DNA of 64,000 nt. It comes from an uncultured virus (IMG/VR IMGVR_UViG_2684623151_000005) (taxonomy: Duplodnaviria > Heunggongvirae > Uroviricota > Caudoviricetes). The notes below the pieces were generated by a model that was given only the letters and a program-made list of their open reading frames with translations, was not told the DNA's origin and ran no database searches. Positions 61,626 to 64,000 of the stretch are shown here, one piece after another; position 1 is the first letter of the stretch, and each line of letters opens with the position of its first letter. The position numbers and the translations under genes were made by a program. Where the stretch lies: IMG/VR virus record IMGVR_UViG_2684623151_000005. One strand, written 5' to 3'.

Positions 61626-61826
61626 AAAAAAAACCTCCTTTTTATCTAATTGATTTGTCAAATTTATATTACATTTTATTTAGACATTTGTCAAATAATA
61701 AAACTTTATTAAATATTATGTTTTTAGGCAACGTTTTCAAATAAATAGTTATAATTTAGACAAGTAAAATCAATAATATAACATAAACATTTAATAGATG
61801 TTTAAATAAATTGTTGAGAGAGGATT

Positions 61827-62387
61827 TTGATTATGATATTAACAAATATGGCATTAAATTTTAAAGTAACAGAACCTATGGAAGAGTATGCAAATAAAGC
61901 ATTTAGCTTTTTAGAAAAACATCTTGAAAAAAATTGCTTAGTTAATCTTTCTTTCATAAAACGCAAAAGAGCTTTTGAGTTATCAATAAACTTTAGATAC
62001 TCAAATAAAAAAATAAATCTATCTATTCAAGAGGAAGATTTTTATGTAGGTTTAGATAAATTGGCATCTAAAGTTAGAAATAAAATATCAAAGGAACATT
62101 CTATAAAAAAAGATATTAATCGCACTTCAATTAATGACCTAAATAGTACTTTAGCCTATGATTTAGATAATAATTTATCATCTGACGTAGATGAAGAAAG
62201 TAAAATTGGAGTTATATCAAAAAGAAAGCCATTTCAAATGAAACCAATGAAAGAACAAGAGGCTTTATTACAAATAAAGAAATTAGGATATAAATCCTTT
62301 ATGTTTTTTGATTGTGACAAGCAATGTATGTGCTTAATTTATAAAAGAAAAGATGATACTTATGGAATAATAATTCCAGAGGTTTAA
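61827..62387 (+). CDS. hpf: Long-form ribosome hibernation promoting factor (HPF/RaiA)
   Basis: NFKVTEPMEEY, EDFYVGLD, KPMKEQEALLQ, LIYKRKDDTYGII. Confidence 0.88.
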   Translation: MIMILTNMALNFKVTEPMEEYANKAFSFLEKHLEKNCLVNLSFIKRKRAFELSINFRYSNKKINLSIQEEDFYVGLDKLASKVRNKISKEHSIKKDINRTSINDLNSTLAYDLDNNLSSDVDEESKIGVISKRKPFQMKPMKEQEALLQIKKLGYKSFMFFDCDKQCMCLIYKRKDDTYGIIIPEV

Positions 62388-62607
62388 ATTTTACAATATT
62401 AAATTTAAACAAAAAAAACATTATAAAATACGATATTATTTTATAATATCGTATAACATTTTATAAACAAAAATAAAGTTTCATATTATTTTATAATATG
62501 AAACTTTATTTTTATTTCTATCATTTTATATACTATATAAAGATATTATCTTATATATTTTAATAAAATTTTATATATAATGTTTTAATAAAATATATTT
62601 AAATATA

Positions 62608-64000
62608 TTAAAATATATCATCTTCTACATCTATTTCTATATTAATATCTTCAATTGATGATTCATTTTCTACAAATTCTATATTATTGGATTTCCCTTT
62701 ATCATTTCTTTGAATTTCAGGCTGTTTTATAATAACATCACCTAAATCTTGATAGTCATTAGGCTTTTCAAATCCATTATTCAATGCTTCATCTATTTCT
62801 CTTTGTTTTTGTCTTTCACTTTCTTGATATTCTAAAATCATTTTATCAAGTTTTTTATTTAACTCCATAGGAATATAATTTATCTTAGCAATTCCTGGTT
62901 CTCCGATAGAGTTTTTATTAATCAAAGAATATACAACCTCTCCAAAAGGTCTATATATAATATCTGAAGCAGTAAATCTTTCTTTTTCTTCTTCTTTTAT
63001 TGATGTAGTAACTCTTTGGTCGCTTAAAGTTGAGAAGAATCTTTTTTTAGCATAGCTTTGGTTCTTTGTAGTTTTTATCATTTTACCAAACTGTTCACTA
63101 TAATATTTAGCATCAGAAGCATTACCACCAGGATATACAATTACATTTCTTGCATTTGTAGAAACAAGCTCTATGAAATCTTTTCCCTCTTGTCCACTAC
63201 CCATACCTATTAAAGCTCTATTTTGAGTAGCTAAATGACTCGCAACTCTATAAGAACGCCCTTGAGTTAACATATCAGCAAACCCAGGATTAGCATAACA
63301 TTGAAATTCATCTATATATAAGAAATTATGTTTTCTTGTATCTTCTGTACCAGGTCTACGGAAAACAGCACTTTCCAATTGCAATATGATAAACAGCCCT
63401 AAAAATCTTCCTAAATCTCTTAAAGCTCCTTGTGCAGTAGCAATCGCTATTACATCACCTTGCTCTAAGGCTTTATCAAAATCAACTTCTGTTCCAATAC
63501 CTGCAGGTGGATTTAATACTTTTCTAAGATATTTGTTAGAAACAAGCTTTGCTACTTGTGAACGAATCCCTGATGTATTTTCAAATGTTTTAGAACAACC
63601 ACCTTGTTTATTTTCAGCTAAATAATCATCCAAAAACCATTTTGCAATATCAGCATTTTCTGAAGAAATGGATGGATTTGGAGTATTTAATCTTGAGAAT
63701 TCTACAACCATTTTTCTTCCTTCATCACCAGTATTATGTATAAGCTTATCTAAATGCAACAATGTAGCATCATTACCATAAAGTCTTTTTATAACTTTAA
63801 CAGCTCTACGAACTAAGTTGTCGTTCATATCTAAGAAATATTGAGATGAACCAACAGAGAACATTCTAAATGTAGTAGATAAGTTTTCTATAACATCACT
63901 TTCATCACCATACAGAGGGTTAAAATAAGGACATGAAGGTAATATAGGATTAAAATATAAACAATCTCTACCTTCAACTTTTGCCATAGCATAAACTTTT
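62608..64000 (-). CDS. VirD4/TraG-like type IV coupling protein (5' part outside window)
   Basis: FNPL, FLYIDEFQ, QGRSYRV...LATQ, DAKYYSEQFG. Confidence 0.85.
   Translation of the reverse strand, partial: KVYAMAKVEGRDCLYFNPILPSCPYFNPLYGDESDVIENLSTTFRMFSVGSSQYFLDMNDNLVRRAVKVIKRLYGNDATLLHLDKLIHNTGDEGRKMVVEFSRLNTPNPSISSENADIAKWFLDDYLAENKQGGCSKTFENTSGIRSQVAKLVSNKYLRKVLNPPAGIGTEVDFDKALEQGDVIAIATAQGALRDLGRFLGLFIILQLESAVFRRPGTEDTRKHNFLYIDEFQCYANPGFADMLTQGRSYRVASHLATQNRALIGMGSGQEGKDFIELVSTNARNVIVYPGGNASDAKYYSEQFGKMIKTTKNQSYAKKRFFSTLSDQRVTTSIKEEEKERFTASDIIYRPFGEVVYSLINKNSIGEPGIAKINYIPMELNKKLDKMILEYQESERQKQREIDEALNNGFEKPNDYQDLGDVIIKQPEIQRNDKGKSNNIEFVENESSIEDINIEIDVEDDIF

Noticed and set aside
62420..62515. 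Two tandem AT-rich hairpins with the same ATATTATTTTATAATAT core
   Set aside because: They lie between convergent hpf and T4CP genes and are adequately explained as terminators; oriT or iteron role unsupported
1..64000. Prophage or jumbo phage identity
   Set aside because: No capsid, terminase, tail or integrase genes in the window; T4CP, pilins, ArdA and ParM favour a conjugative plasmid, though a phage-plasmid cannot be excluded from this window alone

Overview
Very AT-rich window that reads as part of a large conjugative plasmid/megaplasmid of a Clostridium-like Firmicute (inferred from gene content; no rRNA, ribosomal-protein or phage structural genes). It carries a ParM partition actin and its own replisome (DnaE, DnaQ-type exonuclease, primase, SSB). 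Transfer genes include two VirD4-like coupling proteins and Tad/type IV pilin-like proteins, two with LRR heads. It also has an envelope toolkit (PBP1A, LCP, signal peptidase I, SecA, PspA), anti-defence and RNA-repair genes (ArdA, NADAR-like, KptA, Thg1-like, phosphatase) and a ~3 kb tRNA array. Main observations: (1) a 737-nt ORF-less class-B-like group II intron splits a catalytic Asp codon of dnaE; (2) a 328-nt tRNA-shaped RNA in the array, with CCA end, long internal helices and a 13-bp loop-loop pairing; (3) a TTGAC-N4-GTCAA palindrome (9 perfect, ~10 near-perfect copies) on promoters across the window, plus a second recurring leader motif; (4) an Mre11-Rad50 (SbcD-SbcC) machine apparently split into three genes, with HerA; (5) secA with a single ochre stop and a DNA methyltransferase with a 5-nt frameshift. 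All protein calls come from motif recognition by eye and all RNA folds from manual pairing; no database search or folding program was run.
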